Source: an uncultured Gammaproteobacteria bacterium (GTDB lineage Bacteria; Patescibacteriota; Microgenomatia; Levybacterales; GWA1-39-11). From it: DNA of 64,000 bases. Positions 1-9,271 of the stretch are shown piece by piece. Location: contig CAZDED010000006.1 in NCBI GenBank assembly GCA_964504535.1, positions 6,409-70,408 on the forward strand. Direction: 5' to 3'. Below the pieces are notes generated by a model. The model did no database searches. It saw only the letters and a list, made by a program, of their open reading frames with translations, and had not been told where the DNA came from. Positions within the stretch are counted from its first letter, which is position 1; every line of letters begins with the position of its first letter. Made by a program: the position numbers and the translations under genes.

Positions 1-434
1 TTCAGTCTCTCATTTCGATAGGAAGCGGTGGATTTTTTGGTAAAGGTTTGGGTGAGGGGACGCAGTCTGTCCTCCGTTTTTTACCGGAAAGGCAAACCGA
101 TTTTATCTTTGCCTCAATTTCTGAGGGACTGGGATTTTTGGGTGGAATGAGCATTATCTGTCTTATCTGTTTTTTGCTCTATCGGATATACAAGGTCTCT
201 CAAAATATTCCGGATAAGTATCCATATCTGATTGTAATGGGGGTATTTTTCCTCATTTTAGTTCAAACTGTTACAAATATTGGTATGAATATGGGTATGA
301 TGCCTATAATTGGTGTAACACTCCCCATGGTTTCGTATGGAGGAAGTTCGCTTATCACGAATTTTATTTTATTAGGAATTGTTTCTTCGATAGGGTATGA
401 ATATAAAAGAAAACACGCGATTGAAATCATTTGA
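1..434 (+). CDS. SEDS-family peptidoglycan glycosyltransferase (FtsW/RodA), 3' portion; 5' end lies outside the window
   Basis: The reading frame is open from position 3 with no upstream stop. The motif IGSGGFFGKGLGEG and the C-terminal TM segment (MPIIGVTLPMVSYGGSS) are typical of FtsW/RodA. Confidence 0.8.
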   Translation, partial: QSLISIGSGGFFGKGLGEGTQSVLRFLPERQTDFIFASISEGLGFLGGMSIICLICFLLYRIYKVSQNIPDKYPYLIVMGVFFLILVQTVTNIGMNMGMMPIIGVTLPMVSYGGSSLITNFILLGIVSSIGYEYKRKHAIEII

Positions 435-445
435 CCTATTTTTTG

Positions 446-474
446 TTGAACAATTGCAAGTTTTTTGGTACAAT
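446..474 (+). promoter_or_regulatory. putative sigma70-type promoter (TTGAAC-17-TACAAT), 10 nt upstream of the rplU ATG
   Basis: The sequence reads TTGAACaattgcaagttttttggTACAATactttccattATG. Confidence 0.5.
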
Positions 475-484
475 ACTTTCCATT

Positions 485-796
485 ATGAATTACGCAGTTA
501 TTAAAGCTTCAGGCAAGCAGTATAAAGTTACTCCAGGACTCGTTCTTGAAGTCGACAAAATTGAGGGTGAAAATGGTTCGTCTATTTCATTTGATCAAGT
601 ACTTTTGACGGCAGACGACAAAGCAGTCGTCGTAGGGAAGCCTACCGTTAAAGGTGCAGTTGTAACTGCAAAAATTATAGAACAGACAATGGGGGATAAA
701 GTAAGAGTAGCTAAATTTAAAGCAAAGTCAAAATACAGAAGAGCTACAGGGTTCAGATCAAAACTCACAAAAATAGAGATATTAACTATTAAATAA
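485..796 (+). CDS. rplU: 50S ribosomal protein L21
   Basis: The N-terminus MNYAVIKASGKQYKV matches the L21 signature. The ATG at 485 lies just downstream of a TTGAAC-17-TACAAT promoter. Confidence 0.9.
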   Translation: MNYAVIKASGKQYKVTPGLVLEVDKIEGENGSSISFDQVLLTADDKAVVVGKPTVKGAVVTAKIIEQTMGDKVRVAKFKAKSKYRRATGFRSKLTKIEILTIK

Positions 797-816
797 TAGC
801 TATTAGCTAATAAATT

Positions 817-1062
817 ATGGCACATACAAAGTCAGCAGGTTCCGTCAAAGGAAATAAAGATTCGATATCAAAGCGTCTTGGCGTTAAGATATATGGTGGT
901 CAAAAAGCTATTTCAGGAAATATAATTGTCAGACAACGCGGAACACAATTTCATCCTGGAATAGGAGTATCAATGGGGAAAGATTATACGATTTTTGCTA
1001 TATCTGACGGGACTGTCCAGTTTAAAATTGCCCGTGGAAAAAAAGTCGTAGAAGTAGTATAG
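817..1062 (+). CDS. rpmA: 50S ribosomal protein L27
   Basis: MAHTKSAGS...[11 protein letters not shown] is the canonical L27 N-terminus. It sits immediately downstream of rplU, which is the conserved gene order. Confidence 0.9.
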   Translation: MAHTKSAGSVKGNKDSISKRLGVKIYGGQKAISGNIIVRQRGTQFHPGIGVSMGKDYTIFAISDGTVQFKIARGKKVVEVV

Positions 1063-1074
1063 TAATGACTTATT

Positions 1075-1896
1075 ATGGATGATTATAAGACAATGTCTAT
1101 TGTCGAACTGGATTTATCACTCCTGCAGCCAAACCCCCTCCAGCCAAGAGGCCTTATCTCACCTGAATCCCTTACAGATCTCGTAAATTCTATTCGTGAA
1201 CAAGGCATTCTTGAGCCTATTGTTGTTGCAGAAACTCCTGCAGGCTACCAGATTATTGCCGGTGAAAGACGATGGAGAGCAGCAAAGATATTAGGTTTGA
1301 TCAAAGTTCCTGTTGTAGTGAAGCAAACTACACCTCAACAGATGCTTGAAATGTCGATTGTTGAAAATGTTCAACGAGAAGATCTTAATCCTATTGAGCG
1401 GGCGCAAGCATATAAGAGATTGATTGATGAATTCAATCTATCAGTTACCGAGGTTGCAAAAAGGGTTGGAAAATCATTGCCGTACATCTCAAATACTATT
1501 AGACTTTTAACTCTTCCTGATGCAATAAAAGATGCATTAGCCGCAGGCGTCATCACTGAAGGTCACGTGAGACCATTAATTTCCATTGGAGATCCAAAGC
1601 TCATGTTGACTGCTTTTAAGAAAATTTTGGTTGAAGGTATTTCTGTGCGTGGAGCAGAGGATGTTGCACGACAAGTTAAGGCTGAAATACAAAAGAAAGA
1701 GCCTCAAAAGAAAAGTGACAAGATATATATACCTGAACAAGATGAAATGGCTAAAACTTTGAGCCAGAGATATGGATGGAATGTAAAATTCGATCAATCA
1801 CGAGCATTAGGCAAAATAGTTATCACTATCAAAGGATCTGAAGAAAAAACAGGTGAAGAGTTAAAAAGGATATATCAAAGGCTTCTTGAAGCTTGA
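1075..1896 (+). CDS. ParB/Spo0J-like nuclease-domain (partition) protein
   Basis: The ParB N-terminal domain motifs LEPIVV...GYQIIAGERRWRAAK are present, followed by an HTH region. Confidence 0.8.
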   Translation: MDDYKTMSIVELDLSLLQPNPLQPRGLISPESLTDLVNSIREQGILEPIVVAETPAGYQIIAGERRWRAAKILGLIKVPVVVKQTTPQQMLEMSIVENVQREDLNPIERAQAYKRLIDEFNLSVTEVAKRVGKSLPYISNTIRLLTLPDAIKDALAAGVITEGHVRPLISIGDPKLMLTAFKKILVEGISVRGAEDVARQVKAEIQKKEPQKKSDKIYIPEQDEMAKTLSQRYGWNVKFDQSRALGKIVITIKGSEEKTGEELKRIYQRLLEA

Positions 1897-1944
1897 TTTG
1901 CACCTCACTAGCCCTGCAGAAATGGGCCAAATTTCAATTTAGAT

Positions 1945-2505
1945 CTATAAAGAGGCATGTTTGACTATTCTCATGCGTGTAAGAGGCCAATAAACGATAA
2001 ATGATTTACCGATTACGGCGCTTTTCGGGACAAATCCCCACTCGCGAGAATCAGAGCTAAAAGGACGGTTGTCTCCCATTGTGAAATAATTATCGTCTGG
2101 AACAACTACTTCATCGCCTTCTCCAAGGAATGTGCCACCATTCGTTCTCATGTCCGAAGCCAGAAATGCTGATTGGTCAAGTTTTTCGCCGTTGAGATAG
2201 ACGTCACCACCGGAAATTTTTATTCTATCCCCAGGAAGACCAATTATCCTCTTGATGTAGTCCTTCTCTTTATCGGGCGGAGCAACAAATACGATTATGT
2301 CACCTCTATGAAGAGATCCCATTCGCAATGTGATCAGATTTGTCAAAACATATTCTCCATTTTGGAAATTAGGATCCATCGAATGGCCATTAACTTGATA
2401 TGGTCTGAACAAGAATGCATATATGACGACAAAAATAGCTCCGGCAATAACTAACGTCTGGATAAGGTCGAAAAGGAGATAATAAATTTTTCTTAGAACT
2501 TCCAT
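1945..2505 (-). CDS. lepB: signal peptidase I
   Basis: It has an N-terminal TM segment, the GHSMDPNF Ser box, the RGDIIVF motif and the GDNRPFSSDSREWGFV motif. Confidence 0.85.
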   Translation of the reverse strand: MEVLRKIYYLLFDLIQTLVIAGAIFVVIYAFLFRPYQVNGHSMDPNFQNGEYVLTNLITLRMGSLHRGDIIVFVAPPDKEKDYIKRIIGLPGDRIKISGGDVYLNGEKLDQSAFLASDMRTNGGTFLGEGDEVVVPDDNYFTMGDNRPFSSDSREWGFVPKSAVIGKSFIVYWPLTRMRIVKHASL

Positions 2506-2719
2506 TTTTTTTCGTAAATTATTTTTTCTTTTTTTATTGTGATGTGCTTATAACAGTTTGTCAATCTAAATTATTTTTTTCTGTTACAATACAGAAAAAT
2601 CATGTCCAATTATGCCTGTTTAGCAATCAAGAGTTGAGAGTGATAAGTTGAGGCTGAAATCATTTTGGCCCATCAAATCAATCTAAAATGAATTATAATA
2701 ACTATATCTTAATGATACT

Positions 2720-3748
2720 ATGCATATCAAAAGCAAACAAAGCAAATCAATATTATTCTTAACTAGATTATACCATCCGCACATAGGTGGTGTCGAGAAG
2801 CATGTGAAATTATTGTCGAGAGGCCTTGTTGATGAAGGACATACAGTCACAATTATCACTGAAAGGTTTGACAAAAAATTGCCCCTACACCAAATGATAG
2901 AAGGGACAAAAGTTTACAGGATTCCAGTCGGCAAAAATCAGCGCGCCAAGAAATTTTATATCTGGAAATGGATGTTCTCTCACCTCCCTTTATTGTGGAA
3001 GAATGACGTTATACATATTCACGACGTATTCTTTTGGGTACTACCCGTAAGGTTACTTATTGTAACGAAAAAAGTCTTTATCACATTCCATGGGTATGAG
3101 GGGTATCCTCTAAAAAGGTCATGGGTTTGGCAAAGAAAGATAGCTGAAAAACTGTCAAATGGCTCAATTTGTGTCGGAGAATTTATGAAAAAGTGGTATT
3201 TTACCTCGCCAACCTCAGTTATCTATGGTGCAGTGAGGCTAAACACAAAAAAATACACTGAAAATAGTATGTCAGCTGTGTTTTTTGGAAGATTGGACTC
3301 CCAAACAGGAGTACTAGAATATGTGAAAGCTTATAGCATAATCCGGAAAAAGTATCCAAATTTCAAACTAACTATCGTTGGAGAAGGGGAATTGGCAAAA
3401 AAAATACCCAAAGGGATCAAAATAGTAAAGTTCGTGCCTGACGTATCCGAATATATAGGAAAAAACCGTTTTATATTTGTTTCGCGCTACTTGTCAATGC
3501 TTGAAGCTTTAGTTCAAAAAAAAGAAATTTACGCTGTCTATAATTCCCCCATCATGAAGGATTACCTTTTGATGTCCCCATTTTCTAAATATATTTCAAT
3601 AAGTAATGCGAGCGAAGAGATTGCTGATCAAGTAATGAAGAGTTTAGGGTCAGGTTGTGATCGTAAAAAAACCGAAAAAGGATATGACTGGGCAAAAAAA
3701 CAGACATGGGACAATATTCTCAACACATATCTAAAATTATGGCAATGA
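2720..3748 (+). CDS. glycosyltransferase family 1/4 (GT-B fold)
   Basis: It has the HIGGVEKHV N-terminal motif typical of GT4 and two Rossmann-like halves. Confidence 0.7.
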   Translation: MHIKSKQSKSILFLTRLYHPHIGGVEKHVKLLSRGLVDEGHTVTIITERFDKKLPLHQMIEGTKVYRIPVGKNQRAKKFYIWKWMFSHLPLLWKNDVIHIHDVFFWVLPVRLLIVTKKVFITFHGYEGYPLKRSWVWQRKIAEKLSNGSICVGEFMKKWYFTSPTSVIYGAVRLNTKKYTENSMSAVFFGRLDSQTGVLEYVKAYSIIRKKYPNFKLTIVGEGELAKKIPKGIKIVKFVPDVSEYIGKNRFIFVSRYLSMLEALVQKKEIYAVYNSPIMKDYLLMSPFSKYISISNASEEIADQVMKSLGSGCDRKKTEKGYDWAKKQTWDNILNTYLKLWQ

Positions 3749-4647
3749 AAATCTCATTCATAACAACTGTATTCAATGAGGAAAAAAATGTAAAACCTCT
3801 TTTTGAGTCAATATTGAACCAGACGAAACTTCCTTACGAGATTGTTATCGTTGATGCAAAATCTACAGATGGCACGGTAAAAGCTTTAAAAAAGTATAAA
3901 AAGAAATTTGGTGATACTAAATTTTCTATATATTCAAAGAAGGGAAACAGGTCTGTCGGGCGAAATTTTGCCATAGATCAAGCAACTGGAAATATTATAG
4001 TGGCGACAGATGCAGGATGCACTCTAGATAAGAGATGGCTGGAGAGGATGACCTCACCTTTTGCTGACTCAAAAATAGATGTAGTTGCGGGTTTTTATAA
4101 ACCATTTACAAGAAATGTGTTTGAGAAGTGCCTTTCTTGTTATACATGCGTCGCAATCGACCGGGTAACAGATGATTTTCTCCCATCATCACGCTCAATT
4201 GCCTTTAGAAAAATTGCCTGGAAAAAAGTGGGAGGGTATCCCAAGCATTTAGATACGTGTGAGGATTTAGTTTTTGCAAGAAATTTAAAACGTGCACACT
4301 TTAAATTTAAAGTTGTAAAAAATGCATTTGTAATTTGGCCTCAAAGAAATAACATTCTTGAGGCTGGACAACAATTCTTCAACTATGCCCTCGGAGATGG
4401 TCAGGCTTACTATATAAGAAACAATACTTGGCTGCTTTTTGTACGTTATCTTGTCGGATTAATATTGTTTTTTGTTTCAAAACCCTTACTTATTGTTTGT
4501 TTCTTCTTATATATATTGTGGAGTATTTGGAAAAATTATAAATATGTGAGAGATTGGAAAGCATTTCTCTATCTCCCCTTGCTCCAGTTGGTTTCGGATA
4601 TCTGTGTCATAACAGGTACGCTGATTGGTCTTGTTAGGAATCTCTAG
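3739..4647 (+). CDS. glycosyltransferase family 2 with C-terminal TM segments
   Basis: The GT2 signatures ISFITTVFNEE...VIVDAKSTDGT and a DxD-like ATDAGC motif are present, with a hydrophobic C-terminal tail. The start is taken at the internal ATG (3739 or 3745) overlapping the stop of the upstream gene. Confidence 0.75.
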   Translation: MAMKISFITTVFNEEKNVKPLFESILNQTKLPYEIVIVDAKSTDGTVKALKKYKKKFGDTKFSIYSKKGNRSVGRNFAIDQATGNIIVATDAGCTLDKRWLERMTSPFADSKIDVVAGFYKPFTRNVFEKCLSCYTCVAIDRVTDDFLPSSRSIAFRKIAWKKVGGYPKHLDTCEDLVFARNLKRAHFKFKVVKNAFVIWPQRNNILEAGQQFFNYALGDGQAYYIRNNTWLLFVRYLVGLILFFVSKPLLIVCFFLYILWSIWKNYKYVRDWKAFLYLPLLQLVSDICVITGTLIGLVRNL

Positions 4648-5868
4648 TTATTTATTGAAGTATCTGTAGATCTGATAAATATATAAAGGAAAAATAAGTA
4701 TATAAGAGACTGTCATTGCCATAGCAACACCTTGTACGCCAGCAACCTTTGATAGTGGGAAAAGCAGTCCTATGAGAAGAATGAATGTTAAAGTGCTAAG
4801 CTTTGTAAGAATCTCAGGTTTTCCTACAGACAAAAATAGTGGACCCCCCGGCCCGATAGACGCTCGAAGAAGGCCATAAATGGAAAGGATTTGAAGTGTT
4901 GGTGCTGCACTCAACCATTTTTCGCCAAATAAGAAAAAGAGAATTTGTTGGGGAAAGAGAAGAAATGGGATTGTAAGGATCAAGGCTGGAACTGTAACGC
5001 TTACGACATTTTTTATAAAAAGACCCTTGAGGTGTTTTTTTTCTTTGTTCCTCTTAACATAGAGAGGGAATGCCACTCTTGAAATAGTGTCTGTAACCTG
5101 AGTGAATGCTAGATTCGCCGTCTTAAAAGCAAAATCATATAGTCCTAGTGCTTCAGTGCCGAAAAATTTACCGATAAATAGATTGTCTATTTGAATACTT
5201 AGATAGTTGATAAGACCTCCCGCTGTTATCCACTTGCCATAAGAGAATAATTTTTTGAGATATTTTTTGTTGAGTGGTTCTCGTGTAGGAAATCTAACAA
5301 TCATATATGAAAAAACTACTTCACTGATAGTGCCTATAATAAGACCCAGTAGTAATGCCGTCGCGGATTGATAGTAAAAGACAAGAATAATTGAGGATAT
5401 GACGGTCATAACAATTGGAATAAATTGAGTCAGAAATACCTTACTGAATTCGAGTTCTTTCTGAAAACGGATTGTTAACGGATTAATAAATCCTCTTAAA
5501 AATGGAATGAGTGATGCAAGGAGTAAAAGATCCAATAGATTTTCGCTTTTAAAAAATTGAGAAAGGAGTGGAGCACTGATGAGAGTAAGAACCGAAAGAA
5601 GCATTCCTCTTGTAATATTTATGACAAGTAATATTTTTGCAATCTTTTTGATATCAACATTTAAGTGTATAGCGGCATAATTAAATCCAGTTTCAGAAAG
5701 CGTTTCAAATGTAGTAATTGTTACCGTAACGAGGGCAAACAGTCCAAAATCTGATGGCATCAAAATTCTTGCAAGAATAGATAATTTCAAGAAAGAGACA
5801 AGTTGAGTAAGTATGTTAAGAAGGGTTAGGTATCCGACACCAAGAAACGCTTTTTTTCGGTAACTCAT
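4648..5868 (-). CDS. Wzx-like polysaccharide/oligosaccharide flippase (MOP superfamily)
   Basis: The 406-aa protein has about 12 predicted TM helices and the N-terminal pattern of polysaccharide biosynthesis (Wzx) proteins. Confidence 0.65.
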   Translation of the reverse strand: MSYRKKAFLGVGYLTLLNILTQLVSFLKLSILARILMPSDFGLFALVTVTITTFETLSETGFNYAAIHLNVDIKKIAKILLVINITRGMLLSVLTLISAPLLSQFFKSENLLDLLLLASLIPFLRGFINPLTIRFQKELEFSKVFLTQFIPIVMTVISSIILVFYYQSATALLLGLIIGTISEVVFSYMIVRFPTREPLNKKYLKKLFSYGKWITAGGLINYLSIQIDNLFIGKFFGTEALGLYDFAFKTANLAFTQVTDTISRVAFPLYVKRNKEKKHLKGLFIKNVVSVTVPALILTIPFLLFPQQILFFLFGEKWLSAAPTLQILSIYGLLRASIGPGGPLFLSVGKPEILTKLSTLTFILLIGLLFPLSKVAGVQGVAMAMTVSYILIFPLYIYQIYRYFNK

Positions 5869-5942
5869 GAATCCGATTATGGTTCAAAATAGTCAATACT
5901 GCAATAGCAATATGAATGTTTATAAGCTAAAATAGCAACAAA

Positions 5943-7046
5943 ATGAAAATGGCATTCTTTTACAACTTAAAATTTGGAGGGGCAAAAAGGGTTGTAATGG
6001 ATCAGGTTCAATATTTCAAAAGTAAAAAGATAGATACAATTATTTACACGATAAATCATGAGAAAGATATTTTCGATCCTGGACTATACGCAAAAATCAG
6101 AAATTTCAACGTCTCAATAGGAAACACCAGCATACCAGTGATTGGAAAATTTTTTCATATGTATTTTGTGTTTTGGAAATTAAGAAGAGCACAAAAAAAG
6201 ATAGCAGAAATAATTGATTCAAAAAAATACGATATCGTAATAGTTCATCCGGATCAATATACTCAAGCACCATATCTACTACGGTTTCTTAAAACAAAGA
6301 CTATTTACTACACCCAAGAGCCTTATAGGCTCGCGTACGAGCACAGTATGAGAATAGAGCCTCATTTCCCACTTTACATTAAGGTTTTCGAACACGTCAT
6401 CAGGTATCTAGTGAAAGTAGTTGATCGGAAAAATGTAAAATGCGCAACATGGATCGTCGCCAGTAGTCTTAGTGTCCGAGAAAGGATGATCCAAGGTTAC
6501 AACGTTTTTCCCTACATCTGTCCTCCAGGGATAAATACCAAAGTATTTCGGAACAAAAAATTGAGAAGAGACAACATTCTTTTTGTCGGAAGTGAAACTG
6601 ATCCTATTGATGGGTATGATCTACTTCTGAGCTCCCTGGAGTTAATTCCAAAATCAAAAAGACCATTAGTTAAGAAGGTGATTTGGAAGAAAAAAAACAA
6701 TGAACGAATAACAGAAGAGGAATTGTCCGATTTATATAATAGTTCAAAATTAACAGTTTGTATGAGTAGATTCGAAACTTTCGGGTTGATACCTCTAGAA
6801 TCAATGGGTTGTGGAACCCCGGTTGTAGCAACCAATATTGGTGGACACCGAGAAACAATAATTAATGAAGTAACGGGATTTCTTGTTGATCCGGATCCAA
6901 AAGAAATTGCAAATAAAATTTTGTTCCTACTCACAACAAAGCAATATTCATATTATTCCAAAAATGCTCAAGAGCATGTCGCAAAGAATTGGAGCTTACA
7001 AAAAAGAAATGAATACTTCTTAAAAAAAATTGTAAGTTTATTATAG
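5943..7046 (+). CDS. glycosyltransferase family 1/4
   Basis: The C-terminal GT-B motif ESMGCGTPVVATNIGGHRETI (E-x7-E-like) is present. Confidence 0.75.
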   Translation: MKMAFFYNLKFGGAKRVVMDQVQYFKSKKIDTIIYTINHEKDIFDPGLYAKIRNFNVSIGNTSIPVIGKFFHMYFVFWKLRRAQKKIAEIIDSKKYDIVIVHPDQYTQAPYLLRFLKTKTIYYTQEPYRLAYEHSMRIEPHFPLYIKVFEHVIRYLVKVVDRKNVKCATWIVASSLSVRERMIQGYNVFPYICPPGINTKVFRNKKLRRDNILFVGSETDPIDGYDLLLSSLELIPKSKRPLVKKVIWKKKNNERITEEELSDLYNSSKLTVCMSRFETFGLIPLESMGCGTPVVATNIGGHRETIINEVTGFLVDPDPKEIANKILFLLTTKQYSYYSKNAQEHVAKNWSLQKRNEYFLKKIVSLL

Positions 7047-7048
7047 TT

Positions 7049-9271
7049 ATGAAGTTTTCAATCATCTATGTTTACTTCAACACCCCAGAGGAGATACAGG
7101 TATCAATAAATTCCATTGATAAAGCTGTTGGAAAAAATAGTTACGAAATAATTGTTGTTGATAATAACTCAACAAAAAAAATTCCCAGAGCTTTATTCAG
7201 AGACAAACGCGTAACCATCATCAAAAGCAAGACAAATGGAGGATTTGGATATGGGTGTAATCTTGGAGCAAAGTCGGCAACTGGCGAATATATTCTTTTT
7301 CTAAACCCCGATACTGTTTTATTTGAAAACTCAGTAGTTACGATGCTTAAAACTTTTACTGATATGAAGAAAGTTGGAATAGCGGGTCCACTTATGTTAG
7401 ATGGAAAAGACAATAATCTTCCAACAATTAATACTTTCATAACTTTTGGTCGTGCTATTGTTGCTTATTCATTTGTTAACAAGTTATTTCCTAAAAATAT
7501 TGTTTCAAAAAAATTTTGGATGCTAGATACAGACCGCACCAAACTTTCAAAAGTAGATGTAGTAAGTGGTGCCTGTATTCTTATGAGGAAGGAATTGTTC
7601 GAGAAAGTAGGGGGTTTTGATGAAAGTTTTTTTATGTATTTTGAAGAGCAAGATTTATGTCTTAGGATTGTAAAAGAAGGCTACAAGGTTATATTCAACC
7701 CACGTGCTGTCATAAGTCACAGGGTTGGAGCAAGTCTATCTGATAAAAAAGTGATAAAGAGATATTTTCAAAAGAGCAGGTTCCTTTATTTTAAAAAACA
7801 CTTGGGAATTATTCCTGCGCTTTTTGCAGAATTCATACTACGTTTTTTGACATTTAGAAATTTACTAATAAGTGTTCCATTTATTGTCTCGTTAGTCATT
7901 AACTTATACCGACAGGATTCTTTGATGCTTCTTATTGGGGATAGTGCAAGAGATTTTTTGGCTGCTCGTGATATGCTATTGTCCGGAAGTATTCCAATCG
8001 TTGGTATTCCATCATCAGCTCCGTGGTTACACCAGGGGCCGACTTCAGTGTGGCTTATTGGATTTGCATTCTTTTTAACAAAATTTAATCCAGTCGCACC
8101 GGCAATTCTTTTTGGCTTTCTGGGTGCAATAACCACCGTTCTTGTCTGGTATTTGGGAGCAAGACTTTTTAACGAAAAAGTTGGTTTTATCGCTTCTTTG
8201 CTATACGCGACCTCTCCTTTAATTGTTGTGAATGCGCGTATGCCATATCATACATCCTTGATACCTTTTTTTGCAGCGATATTTTTTATTCTGCTTATCA
8301 ATGCATTAAAAAACAAGAAATATTTGCCTTTTCTCTTTTTCAGTTTCGGATTGACACTTTTAGTTGAGCTGTCAAATATTGTTATATTCGGAATTATCTT
8401 TGTACTCTTCTTTTTATTCAAAAAAAAGTTAAAAAAGTTAGACTATGTAAAGATGTTGGTAGGTTTTATTCTGGGGGTATTTCCGTTTGTTCTTTACGAT
8501 TTGCTTTATGGCATCACGTATATAAAGTTTCCGTTATGGATAGCAAACAGAATACGACTTTTTTTCTTCAACTCTAATCATGTCGAAGGAATTGGATTTT
8601 CATTCAACACTCTCACCTCTATCTACCAAGAGATTGCTGCCTCAATATTTCCAACTGCCGGACCTATCAGTATCGGATTATTTGTTGCCGGAATTCTAAT
8701 GCTTTTTATCAAAGTTAGAAAAAAAGGTGACAAAAAGCCGTATGCCATCCTTTTAGTGTGGTTGTTGTTGCCTCTTTTCTCGTTTGCTCTCCACTCATCC
8801 CCAGGGCAAGCGTATTTTACGTTGCTTTTTCCTGCAATAGCCATACTTATTGGGTTTTTCTTGTATAGCATTTTTAGGATTTCAAGAAATGTTGCTATAA
8901 TTTTTGCGGCATGCATACTTTTCATAAATACATTCTCACTTTTTAGAAATGAATTTTTTGTGTTCACCGGGAAAGGCGCACACGTCATGCCACCAATGAA
9001 TTATAGTCTTGGATATTCCTGGAAACTAAGTGACAATGCCTCAAAAGCTATCGTCGATGACGCACGCGGTGAAAAATTCACACTTAAGGCTGCTGGGATT
9101 TTCAAGTTATATACAACTAGTCTGGATCCCTATATATATATGACGTGGTTGCACGGAGGTAAATATAGTCTTTCTTCGGATCTGGTATATACGATTACAG
9201 ATGATCCAAATGACCTTAAAAACCAAAAAATCATTCATCAAAGTAACTTTGAATATGTAGCGAGAAAATGA
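7049..9271 (+). CDS. fusion of an N-terminal GT2 domain with a C-terminal polytopic GT-C-like membrane glycosyltransferase domain
   Basis: The first ~300 aa carry GT2 motifs (FSIIYVYFNT...IIVVDNNST, DESFFMYFEEQDLCLR). The last ~430 aa have about 11 TM helices and a GDSARD acidic loop after the first TM, as seen in ArnT/PMT-type GT-C enzymes. Confidence 0.7.
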   Translation: MKFSIIYVYFNTPEEIQVSINSIDKAVGKNSYEIIVVDNNSTKKIPRALFRDKRVTIIKSKTNGGFGYGCNLGAKSATGEYILFLNPDTVLFENSVVTMLKTFTDMKKVGIAGPLMLDGKDNNLPTINTFITFGRAIVAYSFVNKLFPKNIVSKKFWMLDTDRTKLSKVDVVSGACILMRKELFEKVGGFDESFFMYFEEQDLCLRIVKEGYKVIFNPRAVISHRVGASLSDKKVIKRYFQKSRFLYFKKHLGIIPALFAEFILRFLTFRNLLISVPFIVSLVINLYRQDSLMLLIGDSARDFLAARDMLLSGSIPIVGIPSSAPWLHQGPTSVWLIGFAFFLTKFNPVAPAILFGFLGAITTVLVWYLGARLFNEKVGFIASLLYATSPLIVVNARMPYHTSLIPFFAAIFFILLINALKNKKYLPFLFFSFGLTLLVELSNIVIFGIIFVLFFLFKKKLKKLDYVKMLVGFILGVFPFVLYDLLYGITYIKFPLWIANRIRLFFFNSNHVEGIGFSFNTLTSIYQEIAASIFPTAGPISIGLFVAGILMLFIKVRKKGDKKPYAILLVWLLLPLFSFALHSSPGQAYFTLLFPAIAILIGFFLYSIFRISRNVAIIFAACILFINTFSLFRNEFFVFTGKGAHVMPPMNYSLGYSWKLSDNASKAIVDDARGEKFTLKAAGIFKLYTTSLDPYIYMTWLHGGKYSLSSDLVYTITDDPNDLKNQKIIHQSNFEYVARK

